A DNA stretch of 64,000 nt from an uncultured Acidobacteriota bacterium (GTDB lineage Bacteria > Acidobacteriota > Thermoanaerobaculia > Multivoradales > JAHEKO01): contig CAVQNG010000003.1 in assembly GCA_963713825.1 (NCBI GenBank), positions 736,001 to 800,000 of the forward strand, in the 5' to 3' direction. Made by a program: the position numbers and the translations under genes. A model generated the notes under the pieces. It was not told where the DNA came from. It worked only from the letters and a program-made list of their open reading frames with translations, and made no database searches. Shown piece by piece: positions 13,772 through 24,017 of the stretch. Numbering within the stretch: the first letter of the stretch is position 1; every line of letters starts with the position of its first letter.

Positions 13772-15889
13772 ATGAAGCACATCGAAACCGTTCAGTCGCT
13801 CAACCCCATCTTTTCGCCTCGCTCCGTGGCGGTGATCGGAGCCTCGCGAAATCGCAACTCGTTGGGCTTTGCCCTGGTCCACAACCTGGTCTTCAGTCAG
13901 TTCAATGGCGCCATCTTCCCGGTCAATCCCCACGCCAGCAACATCCACTCGCTCAAAGCCTACAAGCGTGTGGGGGATATTCCCGACCCGGTGGACCTGG
14001 CGGTCGTCATGGTGCCCAGATCACTGGTCAGGGGCGTGGTCGAGGAGTGCCTGGAGGCGGGAATCAAGGGCCTGGTGATCATCACCGCCGGCTACTCCGA
14101 GACCGGCGCCGAGGGCCTCGAGCTCGAGCGCGAGCTACGAGCCAGGGTCCGCGAGGCCGGAGCCCGGATGATCGGCCCCAACTGCATGGGGGTCATCAAC
14201 ACCGATCCGGAGGTGCGGCTCGACGCCACCTTCTCACCCACGCCTGCACGCAGGGGCTCGATCGGCTTCGTCAGTCAGTCCGGGGCTCTGGGTGTGGCCA
14301 TTCTCAATGCCGCCGCCGACCTGGGGCTGGGGCTCACCCAGTTCGTCTCGATGGGCAACAAGGCCGATGTCTCCGGCAACGATCTGGTCGAGTTCTGGGA
14401 GGACGACCCCAACACCAAGGTCATCTGCATGTACCTCGAATCGTTCGGCAACCCCCGTCGCTTTCCCCAGATCGCCAAACGGGTCAGCCGCAAGAAGCCC
14501 ATCCTGATCGTGAAGTCGGGACGCACGGCCGAGGGGGCCCGGGCTGCCTCCAGCCACACGGGCGCCATCGCCGGCGCCGATGTGCCCGTATCCGCCTTTC
14601 TCGAGCAGTGCGGGGTCTTGCGTGCCAACACCATCGAGGAGCTCTTCGCCATTGCCAAAGCTCTCGACCGGTGCCCGCTGTCGCCGGGCAATCGGGTCGC
14701 GATTCTGACCAACGCCGGCGGTCCGGCGATCATGGCTACCGACGCCTGCGTCAACCTTGGCCTCGAAATCGCCGCGCTGAGCCAGTCGACGCTCGACGCC
14801 CTGTCGGCCTTCCTGCCGCCCGAGGCCAGTATTGCCAACCCCATCGACATGATCGCTTCCGCGACCCCCGAGGGCTACTCCAAGGCGCTGCACGCCATTC
14901 TCGCCGACGAGCAGGTCGACATGGTGATGGTGATCAACGTCCGCCCGCTGCTCACCAACCCCATCGACGTCATGCAGCAGGTCGGCGAGGCCGTCCATGG
15001 CCAGAGTAAACCGGTCGTCGCCGTGATGATGGCCACCGAGGAGTTCCACGACGAAGTTCGGAAGCGCACCGATCTGCCCCCGGTCTACGAGTTCCCCGAA
15101 TCGGCAGCTCGAGCGCTGGCGCAGCTCTACAAGTACTCGGCCTTCCGACAGCGGCCGGCCGACGAGCCCATCCCGGAGTTCGAAGTCGACGATGCAGCCG
15201 TGGCCGAGATCCTGGCGCAGCAGGGTGAGGGATATCTTCCCGATGGTCTCGCATTCAAGGTACTCGAGCTCTACGGAGTACCGGTCGCCAAGTGGAGGGA
15301 GGTAACGGGCAGTGTCGATGCCTCTGTCGCGGCGGAGGGAATCGGCTATCCGGTGGTGGTCAAAGCCGTCGGACCCGCGCTCGTGCACAAGAGCGACCTG
15401 GGAGCGGTGAAGATCGATCTGCGCAGCTCCAGTGAGTTGGAAAAGGCCATGCAGGAGATCCGTACGACGCTCAAGGAAGCTGGCGTCGAGAATGACGGCT
15501 TCCTGCTGCAAGAACTGGGGCGCGGTGGCCACGAGGTCATCTTCGGCATTACGACCGACCCCCGCTTCGGTCCGCTCCTGATGTTTGGCCTGGGAGGTAA
15601 GTACGTCGAGGTGCTGCGCGATGTCCGTTTCGGTGTTCCCCCTCTGACACCGCAAGAGGCCCGCGAGATGATCCGCGGCATTCAGGGGTTCCCTCTGCTG
15701 GAAGGCGTGCGGGGAGAAACCGGGGCAGACCTCGAGCTCCTCGAGGAGATTCTCCTGCGTATCGCCCAGCTCACGGAGCGCCACCCGACGATCCAGGAAC
15801 TGGACATCAATCCCTTCGTCGCCGCCGCTGACCGGGAGAGCGCCAAGGCTCTCGACGTGCGCATTCGCGTCTCTCCGGCAGATGCCTGA
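13772..15889 (+). CDS. ADP-forming acyl/acetate-CoA ligase (alpha-beta fusion, ATP-grasp)
   Basis: PRSVAVIGAS, GPNCMG, SQSG, SHTG (phospho-His), HKSDLG, DPRFGP, ELDINP. Confidence 0.92.
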   Translation: MKHIETVQSLNPIFSPRSVAVIGASRNRNSLGFALVHNLVFSQFNGAIFPVNPHASNIHSLKAYKRVGDIPDPVDLAVVMVPRSLVRGVVEECLEAGIKGLVIITAGYSETGAEGLELERELRARVREAGARMIGPNCMGVINTDPEVRLDATFSPTPARRGSIGFVSQSGALGVAILNAAADLGLGLTQFVSMGNKADVSGNDLVEFWEDDPNTKVICMYLESFGNPRRFPQIAKRVSRKKPILIVKSGRTAEGARAASSHTGAIAGADVPVSAFLEQCGVLRANTIEELFAIAKALDRCPLSPGNRVAILTNAGGPAIMATDACVNLGLEIAALSQSTLDALSAFLPPEASIANPIDMIASATPEGYSKALHAILADEQVDMVMVINVRPLLTNPIDVMQQVGEAVHGQSKPVVAVMMATEEFHDEVRKRTDLPPVYEFPESAARALAQLYKYSAFRQRPADEPIPEFEVDDAAVAEILAQQGEGYLPDGLAFKVLELYGVPVAKWREVTGSVDASVAAEGIGYPVVVKAVGPALVHKSDLGAVKIDLRSSSELEKAMQEIRTTLKEAGVENDGFLLQELGRGGHEVIFGITTDPRFGPLLMFGLGGKYVEVLRDVRFGVPPLTPQEAREMIRGIQGFPLLEGVRGETGADLELLEEILLRIAQLTERHPTIQELDINPFVAAADRESAKALDVRIRVSPADA

Positions 15890-16198
15890 GCTCCCCGACC
15901 TCGAGACCTATCTGACCGCGCTCTAGGCCCGCACTCTCGGAACGCGACTCGAACGGATACGTCTGACCAGCCCTTTTCTCCGGCGCCTTGGAAAGCGGCT
16001 CGTTTTCGACCTTGACGAGGACCTCTTCTTGGTCCTGCACCTCATGATCGCCGGGCGACTCCGCTGGAAGTCACTCGGTACAGCACCTCCCCAGAAGAGT
16101 GGCTTGGCCTCCTTCTGGCCGACCGGGTGCTGTCGCGGCTACTCGAGCAGGGCTGGCCAAAGAGTCTCGACGAGCTCGAACAGCTGAACAATCGTTGA
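15882..16198 (+). pseudogene. Remnant of an Fpg/Nei-family DNA glycosylase
   Basis: MPELPDLETYLTAL* (in-frame TAG), then ARTLG..IRLTSPFL, RRLGKRL..LVLHLMIAGRLRWK, then a frameshift to the C-terminal LLADRVLSRLL..WPKSLDELE. The middle of the protein is absent. Confidence 0.8.
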
Positions 16199-16276
16199 CT
16201 CTTGTGCACCTCGCGAGGTTCTCCCGGCCAAGTGCAGGGGTGGTGCGATTGCTTACCGCGCATTAAGATCTTCCTG

Positions 16277-16534
16277 ATGACAGCATCACCCCGAGGAATG
16301 CTCCCCGCTCTGATTGCCCGCTTCGCCGGTAGCTTGCGCTTTCCCCAACTCTTCCTGTTCACGGGTGCGCTTTTCTTCCTCGATCTAATCATTCCCGACC
16401 TGATTCCCTTCGCCGACGAGGTGCTACTCGGTCTCATCACCTTGCTTTTCGGCATGTGGCGCAAGAACGAACCTCCCTCGGTCGCCACCCCGGGCGACAA
16501 ACCGCCCATGAAGGACGTCACTCCCCAGGACTGA
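16277..16534 (+). CDS. Small membrane protein, DUF6116-like
   Basis: LRFPQLF..LF.LDL.IPD.IPF.DE.LLGL pattern. Confidence 0.7.
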   Translation: MTASPRGMLPALIARFAGSLRFPQLFLFTGALFFLDLIIPDLIPFADEVLLGLITLLFGMWRKNEPPSVATPGDKPPMKDVTPQD

Positions 16535-16540
16535 CGTCCT

Positions 16541-16935
16541 GGGGTTGAGGCGCCGTCGTACCTCCGGCTGGTCTTTGAGGGCTTGGAGGTTAGACCGGCC
16601 GGCACTTCATGCCGGCCGGCCTTTGGGGGCTTGGGACCCGGGTCTTGAGCAGGGAACCGATATCTCGTAGAGGTTCGTTCGGGTGGTTCGAAAGGGGTGC
16701 CACGTCGAGCGCAGCGCCAGGGCCATCAGAAAAGCGGTGACAGGCACCTCATTCCACAACGCCATGGGAGCGCTCTCCGTCGAGCGCAGCGCCAGGGCCA
16801 TCAGTAAATGACCGGTGCGGGCGGGAGGGGGCCCACTGCACAAAGGTCAGCCTGAGGCACGAGGGTCTGGTTCATCCCCCAAGCCCTCAAAGACCGGTCG
16901 GGCATAGCCCGGACCGCCTCAGCCCTCAAGCCCTG
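16541..16935. repeat. Composite palindromic intergenic repeat cluster 1 (REP/BIME-like)
   Basis: Modules gggttgaggc..ctttgagggcttgg (two direct, inverted at far end), gaggttcgttcgggtggt, and two copies of the 27-mer cgtcgagcgcagcgccagggccatcag (16703-16729, 16778-16804). Confidence 0.8.
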
Positions 16936-16943
16936 GGTCCTTG

Positions 16944-18518
16944 TCAGGCGGTTCGCAAGAACTGCCAAGGCAAGGGACCCTGGGGCGACCGAAAGACGAG
17001 CGGGTCGATCTGGGTCCGGAACTCGCGCAGCAGGTTCGCGGTCGTCGCTCCCTGGGCTGCCTTCTCGAGAGCCGCAGCCGCCGTATGGTCCGCCTTGCTC
17101 AGGAAAGCCTGCCAAATCGCCTGTCGCACCGACATGGTCCCGAGGCTGACGTTGTCGAGAGTAGCTACACCACGATTCAGCAGCGAGATCTTCTGTTTCA
17201 GGGAATCCCGAGATTCCATGTTCTCCCGTTGGTACCCCGTGTAGGGCTTCGGGATCAGGATATTGACTCCCAGGTGAATCTGGCCGATGACGCCGGTCGG
17301 AGCGAGCTCTTCGAGCATGATGGCGCGACACTGTGCCGCCACATCGAGAATCGCCCGTACATCTTCATCGGTCTCCTCGGGCAGGCCGATGATGAAGTAG
17401 AGCTTCAGCCCTGTGAAACCTTGACGGAAGATCAATCGCACCTTGTCGAAGAGCACCGCGTTGGGGATCGGCTTGTTCAGCTTGACTCTCAACTCGTCGC
17501 TGCCGGTCTCTGGAGCCAGGGTGATGGAGCGGCCTCCCGAAGCGTGCAGTGCCTCGAGGACCCCAGGGGTAACGGCCGGGATTCGGACCGAAGAGACCGC
17601 ACTGCGAAATCCCATCTCCCCGGCCTGGCGCAGGATGCGCTCGATCCCGGGATGATCCCCCACCGCCGTGGCGACGAAGCCAAGCTGGTCGGTAACTGGC
17701 CGAGCCCTCTCCAAAGAGCCTAGGATCGCCTCCGTCGGGTGCCATCGGAAGCGACCCATTCCAAAGGTCGCCCAGCAGTAGCGGCACTTCTCGGGACAGC
17801 CTCGCGACATCTCGATCAGAAACTTGTTGCTGAACTCGGTCGCCGGCGTGACGATGGCAGTCGTCGGCAGGTTGCCGGGTAACCGCATCTGCTCTTCGGA
17901 CAGCTCCAGCTTCTTGAGCTTGGTTACGGGTACCTCGCCTACTGGAAATGCAGCCGGAACATAGAATCCGTCGGCGCTCGACAATCTCTCCAGAACCGCA
18001 TCACGGGCCGGCTCCTCGGCCAGTGCCGGTAGAAGCGCCGGCAGCAGGTTCTCCGCCGCACCCAGCGCAAAGACGTCGACGAACTGGCTCAACGTCAGGG
18101 GATTGATCATGGCGCAGGAGCCACCGACAACGATGACAGGGTCTCCCGGCCCTCGGTCCTGCCGGCGCAAGGCGATGCCAGCCCGACCCAGCATCTGCAG
18201 CAGATGGACGTAGTCCTCTTCGAAGGAGATGGAGAAGGCGATGGTTCCAAAGCTGTTGAGCGGGGTGGCTGCTTCCACCGACAGAGGCATCCCGGTGCCG
18301 TCGGCAAAGAAGCGCTCACAGCTCCACTCGGGGGTCCTGTGGATGAGCTCGAAGACCCGCTGAAAGGCGAGGCTCGACATACCGATGTGGTAGCTGTTGG
18401 CGTAGGCCAGCGCCATTGTGTAGCGGCTGTGGTGCGAGACTGGCAGTACCGGTCGCTCCAGACTGCGGGTCTCAGCCCAGTACCGCCGGGAGCCAGGATC
18501 TGGGGTTTTGCCCTTCAT
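16944..18518 (-). CDS. Radical SAM protein with B12-binding-like N-terminus (YgiQ/TIGR03960-like)
   Basis: YHIGMSSL, IEMSRGCPEKCRYC (CxxxCxxC), TLAPETGS, KLYFIIGLP. Confidence 0.85.
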   Translation of the reverse strand: MKGKTPDPGSRRYWAETRSLERPVLPVSHHSRYTMALAYANSYHIGMSSLAFQRVFELIHRTPEWSCERFFADGTGMPLSVEAATPLNSFGTIAFSISFEEDYVHLLQMLGRAGIALRRQDRGPGDPVIVVGGSCAMINPLTLSQFVDVFALGAAENLLPALLPALAEEPARDAVLERLSSADGFYVPAAFPVGEVPVTKLKKLELSEEQMRLPGNLPTTAIVTPATEFSNKFLIEMSRGCPEKCRYCWATFGMGRFRWHPTEAILGSLERARPVTDQLGFVATAVGDHPGIERILRQAGEMGFRSAVSSVRIPAVTPGVLEALHASGGRSITLAPETGSDELRVKLNKPIPNAVLFDKVRLIFRQGFTGLKLYFIIGLPEETDEDVRAILDVAAQCRAIMLEELAPTGVIGQIHLGVNILIPKPYTGYQRENMESRDSLKQKISLLNRGVATLDNVSLGTMSVRQAIWQAFLSKADHTAAAALEKAAQGATTANLLREFRTQIDPLVFRSPQGPLPWQFLRTA

Positions 18519-18654
18519 GACTTCACCTGGGGCATCTTCCTGTCGAAGACGATCAGGGAAGGGGCCGTGCGGCTCGAAGGAGCATGGTCGGGTGAGGCCG
18601 CAGAGGCGGAAGGCCCCTTTCTCGATCGGTTCACGAGTCGGGTACGACGACAGG

Positions 18655-19830
18655 TTATCGCAGGTAGATCCTGGGGACCCGGCTCGTGATGGTCGAGACG
18701 ACCTCGTAGTTGATGGTGTCGAGCGTTGTTGCCATCTCGTCCGCGGTGAGCACCTCGTCGCCTTGCCGGCCGAGGATCACCACCTCATCGCCTTCGGTTG
18801 CCCCGGGGACCTCTCCCACGTCGAGCAGGGTCAGGTCCATACAGATCCTGCCGACGATGGGAACCCGCTGGCCCTTGACGAGCATCTCGCCGCGGCAGGA
18901 CAGGCCTCGGTTCAGGCCATCCGCATAGCCCACTGCTACGGTGGCAAGGCGCGTGGGCCGGGGTGTCTCGTAGGTGATGCCATAGCTGACGCCGAAACCG
19001 GCTGGCACCTCCTTGAGCTGGATGATGCGGGCCTTCCACTCCATGACCGGTTTCAACTCGACACGGCTTTGATCGACCTCTGCCGATGGATAGAGCCCGT
19101 AGGTGGCGATTCCGGGTCTGACCATGTCCAGATGAGAGTCCGGCATGTCCAGGAGTGCTGCGCTGTTCGCAGCATGGCTCAACGAAAACTCGATACCCTC
19201 CTGCTTCAGGCGGCCCACCAACTCCTGGAAGCGCTTCAGCTGTCGGTTGGCATAGGTCTTGTCCGAACGGTCAGCAGTGGCGAAGTGCGTAAAGAGCCCC
19301 TCGGCCTCGAGACCGGGCAGACCAGTCACGCCTACGACTTCGCTGTACCGGTGGTGCGCAGCGCTGTCGGTTGCCTCTTCAACCCTTGGCTCATCCGTCA
19401 ACAAGCCGAGTCGGCCCATCCCGGTATCGACCTTGATGTGGACCCGGACTCGCTTGCCTCTCGAAGAGGCCTCCGCTGCCAGGGCCTCGGCCGTTTCCCG
19501 CGTGAAGACGGCCTGAGTCAAGTCGAGGTCCAGAAGGGTGTCGATCTCTTCGGCTGGCGTCAGTCCGAAGATCAGGATGGGGGCTTCAATCCCCGCCTCG
19601 CGAAGCTCGACGGCCTCATGAAGACGTGCCACACCAAGCCAATCCGCGCCAGCCTCGAGAGCCCCTTGCGACACGGCAATCGCACCGTGCCCATACCCGT
19701 TGGCCTTGACCACGGCCATGAACCTAGAATCCGGACGCGTGGCCCGGCGTAGCTCGGCGATGTTGTGGCGGTAGGCGGCGAGATCGATCTCGGCCCACGT
19801 CAGCGCTTCGGACAGGATCTCTTCTCCCAA
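18655..19830 (-). CDS. alr: Alanine racemase
   Basis: VVKANGYGHG (PLP Lys), HIKVDTGMGRLG, VSYG, GYADG, GRICMD. Confidence 0.97.
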   Translation of the reverse strand: MGEEILSEALTWAEIDLAAYRHNIAELRRATRPDSRFMAVVKANGYGHGAIAVSQGALEAGADWLGVARLHEAVELREAGIEAPILIFGLTPAEEIDTLLDLDLTQAVFTRETAEALAAEASSRGKRVRVHIKVDTGMGRLGLLTDEPRVEEATDSAAHHRYSEVVGVTGLPGLEAEGLFTHFATADRSDKTYANRQLKRFQELVGRLKQEGIEFSLSHAANSAALLDMPDSHLDMVRPGIATYGLYPSAEVDQSRVELKPVMEWKARIIQLKEVPAGFGVSYGITYETPRPTRLATVAVGYADGLNRGLSCRGEMLVKGQRVPIVGRICMDLTLLDVGEVPGATEGDEVVILGRQGDEVLTADEMATTLDTINYEVVSTITSRVPRIYLR

Positions 19831-19868
19831 GAAAATCGGCTCCCCCGGGATTATCCCCGGAGGAGCCG
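19831..19868 (-). terminator. Rho-independent terminator after the TonB receptor gene
   Basis: Minus strand CGGCTCCTCCGGGG-ATAA-TCCCGGGGGAGCCG hairpin followed by ATTTTC. Confidence 0.65.
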
Positions 19869-19896
19869 GAAGAGTGAAACAAGTGTACTCAGCTAA

Positions 19897-22785
19897 CTAG
19901 AACTCGAACCCGACAGCCAGCTGCAGTCGGCGTGGATTGAAGAAATCTCTCGGCTCGCCGAACCTGGCACTGTTGACCTTGTTCTGGATGTTGTACCCGG
20001 TCTGGTTGTCGAAGAGGTTGAAGAGATCGGCGGTCAGCCTGATGCGGTATCGACTGCCGAAGTTGAAGAACTGGGTGTAGTTCAAGTCCAGCTGGTAATG
20101 CTCGTCGGTGCGGCGAGACCCGGCTGGCTCGGCGTAACGACTGGTGTCGCTGGTGCTGCCGGTGTACTGCGATGCGATGGCCCGGTAGTCCCAGGCCTCC
20201 CAGGGCTGTCCGTCCTGATAGACAAAGAATCCACCAGTGGTCGCATTCCAGGGCAGGTTGTAGTAACCGAAGACCTTGAACTGGTTGCGCCGATCGCCAC
20301 GCAGGTAGCCATAGCGGTTGTTCCAGAGCTGGCGCCCGGCCCAGTCGGCGATGAAGGACGAGCCGACGAAGATGTTCCCATCGTTCGAGGTCGTCGTGTT
20401 GTCCTGGTCGAAGTTGCCGTAGTACTGACTCCAGGTATACCCCGCTTGCGCGTACCACTTGGCGCTGCGGTACTCGGCCTCGAGGGCGACCTCGTAGTAG
20501 TCGGTAAAGGCATCGTCCAACTGCGCGATGACGTAGGACGAGCCACCGATCTCATCCCGGATGTCATCCAGGTAGGGGATGTAGAGCTCCCGGGGGATGC
20601 CCGCCGGCGGTTCGAGGATGACCCTGTCATCGTTGGCGGTGTCCTCCCAGAAGTTCTTCCCCTTGCGGTAGCGGAAGTGGCTGCGGGCGACCATTCGGCT
20701 CGAGACCTGCCGATCGTAGCCGACCAAGAACTCGTCGATGTAGCGGGGATCCAAGTCGTCGTCGAACCACTTACCCGAAGAGGATCGTACCGGGTCGGTC
20801 GCCAGATAGTCGCCGTTCGCATCGAACTGGATGTCGATCTGGCGTTGCAGGTTGCGATCCCACGAAGCGGCTCTGGGCAGTGAGCTGGCAGCCGGGTTGT
20901 AGCGCGCGTAGCTGGCATAGGCCTTGTCCCTGCCATTCCAGCTCCAGGTGGCACCCAGACGGGGCTGGATCATCTCGCCGAAGCCGATCTTGTACATCTC
21001 GTACTCGTTGCCCGGCGCGTTCTCGAACCCGGAGACACCCTGGCCCGTGTAGCTCAGACCCGAACCGAAATAGGTGTCCTCGGAAAAGAGGAAACCCACA
21101 TTGAAAGTCCAGTTCTTCATCGTGAAGGTATCGTTGATCTCGATGCCCTGGGACTCCATCGAGGAGACGATCTTGGGTACCGACTCCGCCAGGCTCTGTT
21201 GCCAGACGCGGGCCTCGTAGAAGACCGGAGTGCCGTCGGGGAGCTCATCTCGTCCGCCCGTGAATTCAATCTCACCCCAGCCGTTGGAGACTCGTAGCAG
21301 TTCTTCCGAGACGTCGTACATTTGATAGCCGATATGTAGCTGATGCCGGCTTAGAAGGTAGTCGTAGCCGATCGAGAAATCGGTACGGAAGAAATCGATG
21401 CCGTCGATGGTCCCGTCGACGCCGACTTGACCACCACCCCGCGGGACTCCGTCCTCGTTGTAACCGTACTGCTGGATGATCGGTGCGGCCAACAGATTGA
21501 AGGCGGGATCGCCGTCGAGGAAGTTGGGAACGTAGAACTGACCCTGGGTATCCAGGGCCGAGACGTTGATACTCCTGCCTGGACCGATGTCGAGGTTCAG
21601 GAGATTGTCGGGCGTCGTCGAGCCCTTGTTCGCCCAATCGGTGAACTTGAAATTGAGCGAGCTCCTGTCGTTGATGAGCCAGGTCCCTTCGATATAGCCA
21701 GTTTCCTGTGTCGAATCGTCGCCTACCGAGGTGGTCCCTGCACAGGTGTCACAGACACTCTGGCCCTGGGCGTCGGTCTCCGCATCCCTGTAGCTGCCGG
21801 AGAAGAGTAGGCTGGAAGTCGGCGTGAAGGTCAACTTGCCGAAAAACTCGTCCCTGACACTTTCCTCGCCTGGGACTTGGCCATAGAGGTTGACGCGATT
21901 GCTCTGTTCCACCGTCGGCCGATAGTACGAGCCGTAGAAGAAGATCTTGTCCTTCCACAGGGGGCCACCGATGCCGAGCGTCAGCCAATCCTTGTCCTCA
22001 TCGAAAGTCTCGTCAGACTCCTCGGTGACATCGCTGGTCATGTTGGCACCCTGGTATTGGTAGTTCACCAGGCCGCGCCAGGCGTTGGTGCCGGAGCGGG
22101 TGACCGAGTTGACGGTCAAGCCACCCGAGCGGTTGAAATCCACGGCTTTGACGCCGCCGCGGATGAAGGAGACCTGCTCGATGTCGTAGGCGGCCGGCTC
22201 CGTGGTCAGCGAACCGAACAGTGGCAAACCAACATCGACGCCATCGATCTTGTAGACGTTGTCCTGCCCGCTACCGCCGGCGCTGGGTCCACGGATGGTG
22301 TCCTCGGTGTACTGGACGCCCGGGGCCAACTTCAGGAAGTCCCGATACTCCTGGCCCACCGGCAGGGCATCGATGGTCTGGTCAGAGATAGCAGACTGAA
22401 TCGTCGGCGTGGTGAGGTCCAGGCTCTCGGTTGCCGCCACCACTTCGATGACATCTTCGACCGAGGCAGAGGTCATCGTGACGTTGACCACGGTGTTCTT
22501 CTCCAGGAGCACCTCCAGGGAGTACTTCTGGGTGGCCATGCCATCCATTTCGAACGTTAGCTCGTAGTTGCCAGGGGGGAGAAATGGGAATCGATAGAGA
22601 CCTGTTCCCTCGCTGACAACGATACGCGGCTGCGGCAAGACATCGCCGCTCGCGGTGACGGTGACACCCGGCAAGTCCGTGCCGTCGTCCATGGTGATGG
22701 TTCCGGATACGGTACCGGTCTCCTGGGCGAAGGCCGGGACGCAGAGTACCCCGACAGCCAGGAGAATGAATAGATAACGTCTCAT
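19897..22785 (-). CDS. Oar-type TonB-dependent receptor with carboxypeptidase-regulatory-like N-domain
   Basis: Signal peptide MRRYLFILL..AFA, G.LPGVTVT, plug (LAPGV, N.Y.IDG, TRSGTN), C-terminal PRRLQLAVGFEF; AAGGGGG RBS. Confidence 0.92.
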   Translation of the reverse strand: MRRYLFILLAVGVLCVPAFAQETGTVSGTITMDDGTDLPGVTVTASGDVLPQPRIVVSEGTGLYRFPFLPPGNYELTFEMDGMATQKYSLEVLLEKNTVVNVTMTSASVEDVIEVVAATESLDLTTPTIQSAISDQTIDALPVGQEYRDFLKLAPGVQYTEDTIRGPSAGGSGQDNVYKIDGVDVGLPLFGSLTTEPAAYDIEQVSFIRGGVKAVDFNRSGGLTVNSVTRSGTNAWRGLVNYQYQGANMTSDVTEESDETFDEDKDWLTLGIGGPLWKDKIFFYGSYYRPTVEQSNRVNLYGQVPGEESVRDEFFGKLTFTPTSSLLFSGSYRDAETDAQGQSVCDTCAGTTSVGDDSTQETGYIEGTWLINDRSSLNFKFTDWANKGSTTPDNLLNLDIGPGRSINVSALDTQGQFYVPNFLDGDPAFNLLAAPIIQQYGYNEDGVPRGGGQVGVDGTIDGIDFFRTDFSIGYDYLLSRHQLHIGYQMYDVSEELLRVSNGWGEIEFTGGRDELPDGTPVFYEARVWQQSLAESVPKIVSSMESQGIEINDTFTMKNWTFNVGFLFSEDTYFGSGLSYTGQGVSGFENAPGNEYEMYKIGFGEMIQPRLGATWSWNGRDKAYASYARYNPAASSLPRAASWDRNLQRQIDIQFDANGDYLATDPVRSSSGKWFDDDLDPRYIDEFLVGYDRQVSSRMVARSHFRYRKGKNFWEDTANDDRVILEPPAGIPRELYIPYLDDIRDEIGGSSYVIAQLDDAFTDYYEVALEAEYRSAKWYAQAGYTWSQYYGNFDQDNTTTSNDGNIFVGSSFIADWAGRQLWNNRYGYLRGDRRNQFKVFGYYNLPWNATTGGFFVYQDGQPWEAWDYRAIASQYTGSTSDTSRYAEPAGSRRTDEHYQLDLNYTQFFNFGSRYRIRLTADLFNLFDNQTGYNIQNKVNSARFGEPRDFFNPRRLQLAVGFEF

Positions 22786-22915
22786 CTTGTTCCCCCTTCT
22801 TGGGTTGGTGAGGGCCTTGAAGTCGGCAAGACTGCGAATCGTCATACGACCAGATCTCATCTGATTCCAGGGGTCGGCCGGCGCGAGGACGGCCCCGAAT
22901 TGTGCAAGCATTTTC

Positions 22916-22944
22916 AACTTAGCATACGGAATTTCCACTTGCAA
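22916..22944 (-). promoter_or_regulatory. sigma70 promoter for the TonB receptor
   Basis: TTGCAA-N17-TAAGTT with TG extension in an AT-rich island. Confidence 0.6.
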
Positions 22945-23889
22945 TTATTGACTTCTCTCCAAATTTCTAAAGTTCGTCAGAGCTTTTCGAACATGGCCAC
23001 GGGCGGCGCTGAGGCGCTTTCGCGCCTCGTCAGACGAGATCCGGCAGCGCGCCATGACAATGGCGGTCTTGACCTCTCCATCTGCCGCGCGAATCAGGCG
23101 ATCAGCCTCCTGGCGCGAAACCTGTCCTGCACTCTCTACGATACGCACGGCTCGGTCCTGGAGTTTCGCGGAGCCCGGACGTAGATCCACCATCAGGTTC
23201 TCGTAGGCCTTGCCCGCGCGCACCATGGCCGCCGTGGTGATGGCATTGAGAACCGCCTTGGTGGCCGATCCCGCCTTGAGCCGGGTGGAACCGGTGAGAA
23301 TCTCCGGTCCGGTCTCGAGGGCGATGACCAGGTCGGCCTGGTCTTCCAGGCCTTCTGCGGCGGCGCATGTGACGAGAATCGTCCGCGCTCCCTGCTGCCG
23401 AGCTTGCGCCAGTGCACCGCGAGCGTACGGCGTCACCGAGCTCGCCGACAGGCCCACCAGGAGGTCGCCCGGGCCCAGATCGTCGACCGCAGTCTGGCCG
23501 TCGTCGAAGCGATCTTCCGCTCCTTCCTGGGCTCTGAAGACCGCCATCTGTCCACCTGCCATGATGGCGCGAATTCTCTCGGGATCGGTACCGAAGGTCG
23601 GCGGGCACTCCGCCGCCTCCAGGATGCCCAGCCGGCCACTTGTGCCTGCGCCGGCGAAGACCAGGTCGCCTCCAGCCTCCAGAGCCTCGGCAACCCAATC
23701 GGCTGCCTGGGCAATCTTTTCGCACTGCACCAGGGCCGCCTCGATCCCCGTGCGGTCCTCCTCGAGCAGGAGCAAGACGACTTCCTGACTCGACAGGGTG
23801 TCGAGCTCGGTGCTCTTGGGGTGACGACCCTCCGTCAGGAGAGTCTGCCAACTGTCGTGTGCGAGGCTCGGATCGGTAGGGTCGGTCAC
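22945..23889 (-). CDS. murQ: N-acetylmuramic acid 6-phosphate etherase
   Basis: LLTEGRHP, GAGTSGRLGILEAAECPPTFG, EGAED, TGPEILTGSTRLKAGSATK, NLMVD. Confidence 0.96.
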   Translation of the reverse strand: MTDPTDPSLAHDSWQTLLTEGRHPKSTELDTLSSQEVVLLLLEEDRTGIEAALVQCEKIAQAADWVAEALEAGGDLVFAGAGTSGRLGILEAAECPPTFGTDPERIRAIMAGGQMAVFRAQEGAEDRFDDGQTAVDDLGPGDLLVGLSASSVTPYARGALAQARQQGARTILVTCAAAEGLEDQADLVIALETGPEILTGSTRLKAGSATKAVLNAITTAAMVRAGKAYENLMVDLRPGSAKLQDRAVRIVESAGQVSRQEADRLIRAADGEVKTAIVMARCRISSDEARKRLSAARGHVRKALTNFRNLERSQ

Positions 23890-24017
23890 GATTGCCTACC
23901 CGAGTAGAGACGCTTCGTAAGCATTGGGATATTGTTCCGGAACGACGTCGGGCGGGCAAGCGACGTTGCCCTCTCGGGTTGACGCAATCACCTCTCGAGC
24001 CGGCTCACCAACCCATC

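Noticed and set aside
14234-15784. 516-aa antisense ORF
   Set aside because: Shadow of the acyl-CoA ligase caused by high-GC codon bias; no motifs.
16703-16804. Two identical 27-bp direct repeats with a 48-bp spacer (mini-CRISPR?)
   Set aside because: Only two copies, no cas genes, and the motif recurs singly in other intergenic clusters, so it belongs to the dispersed repeat family.
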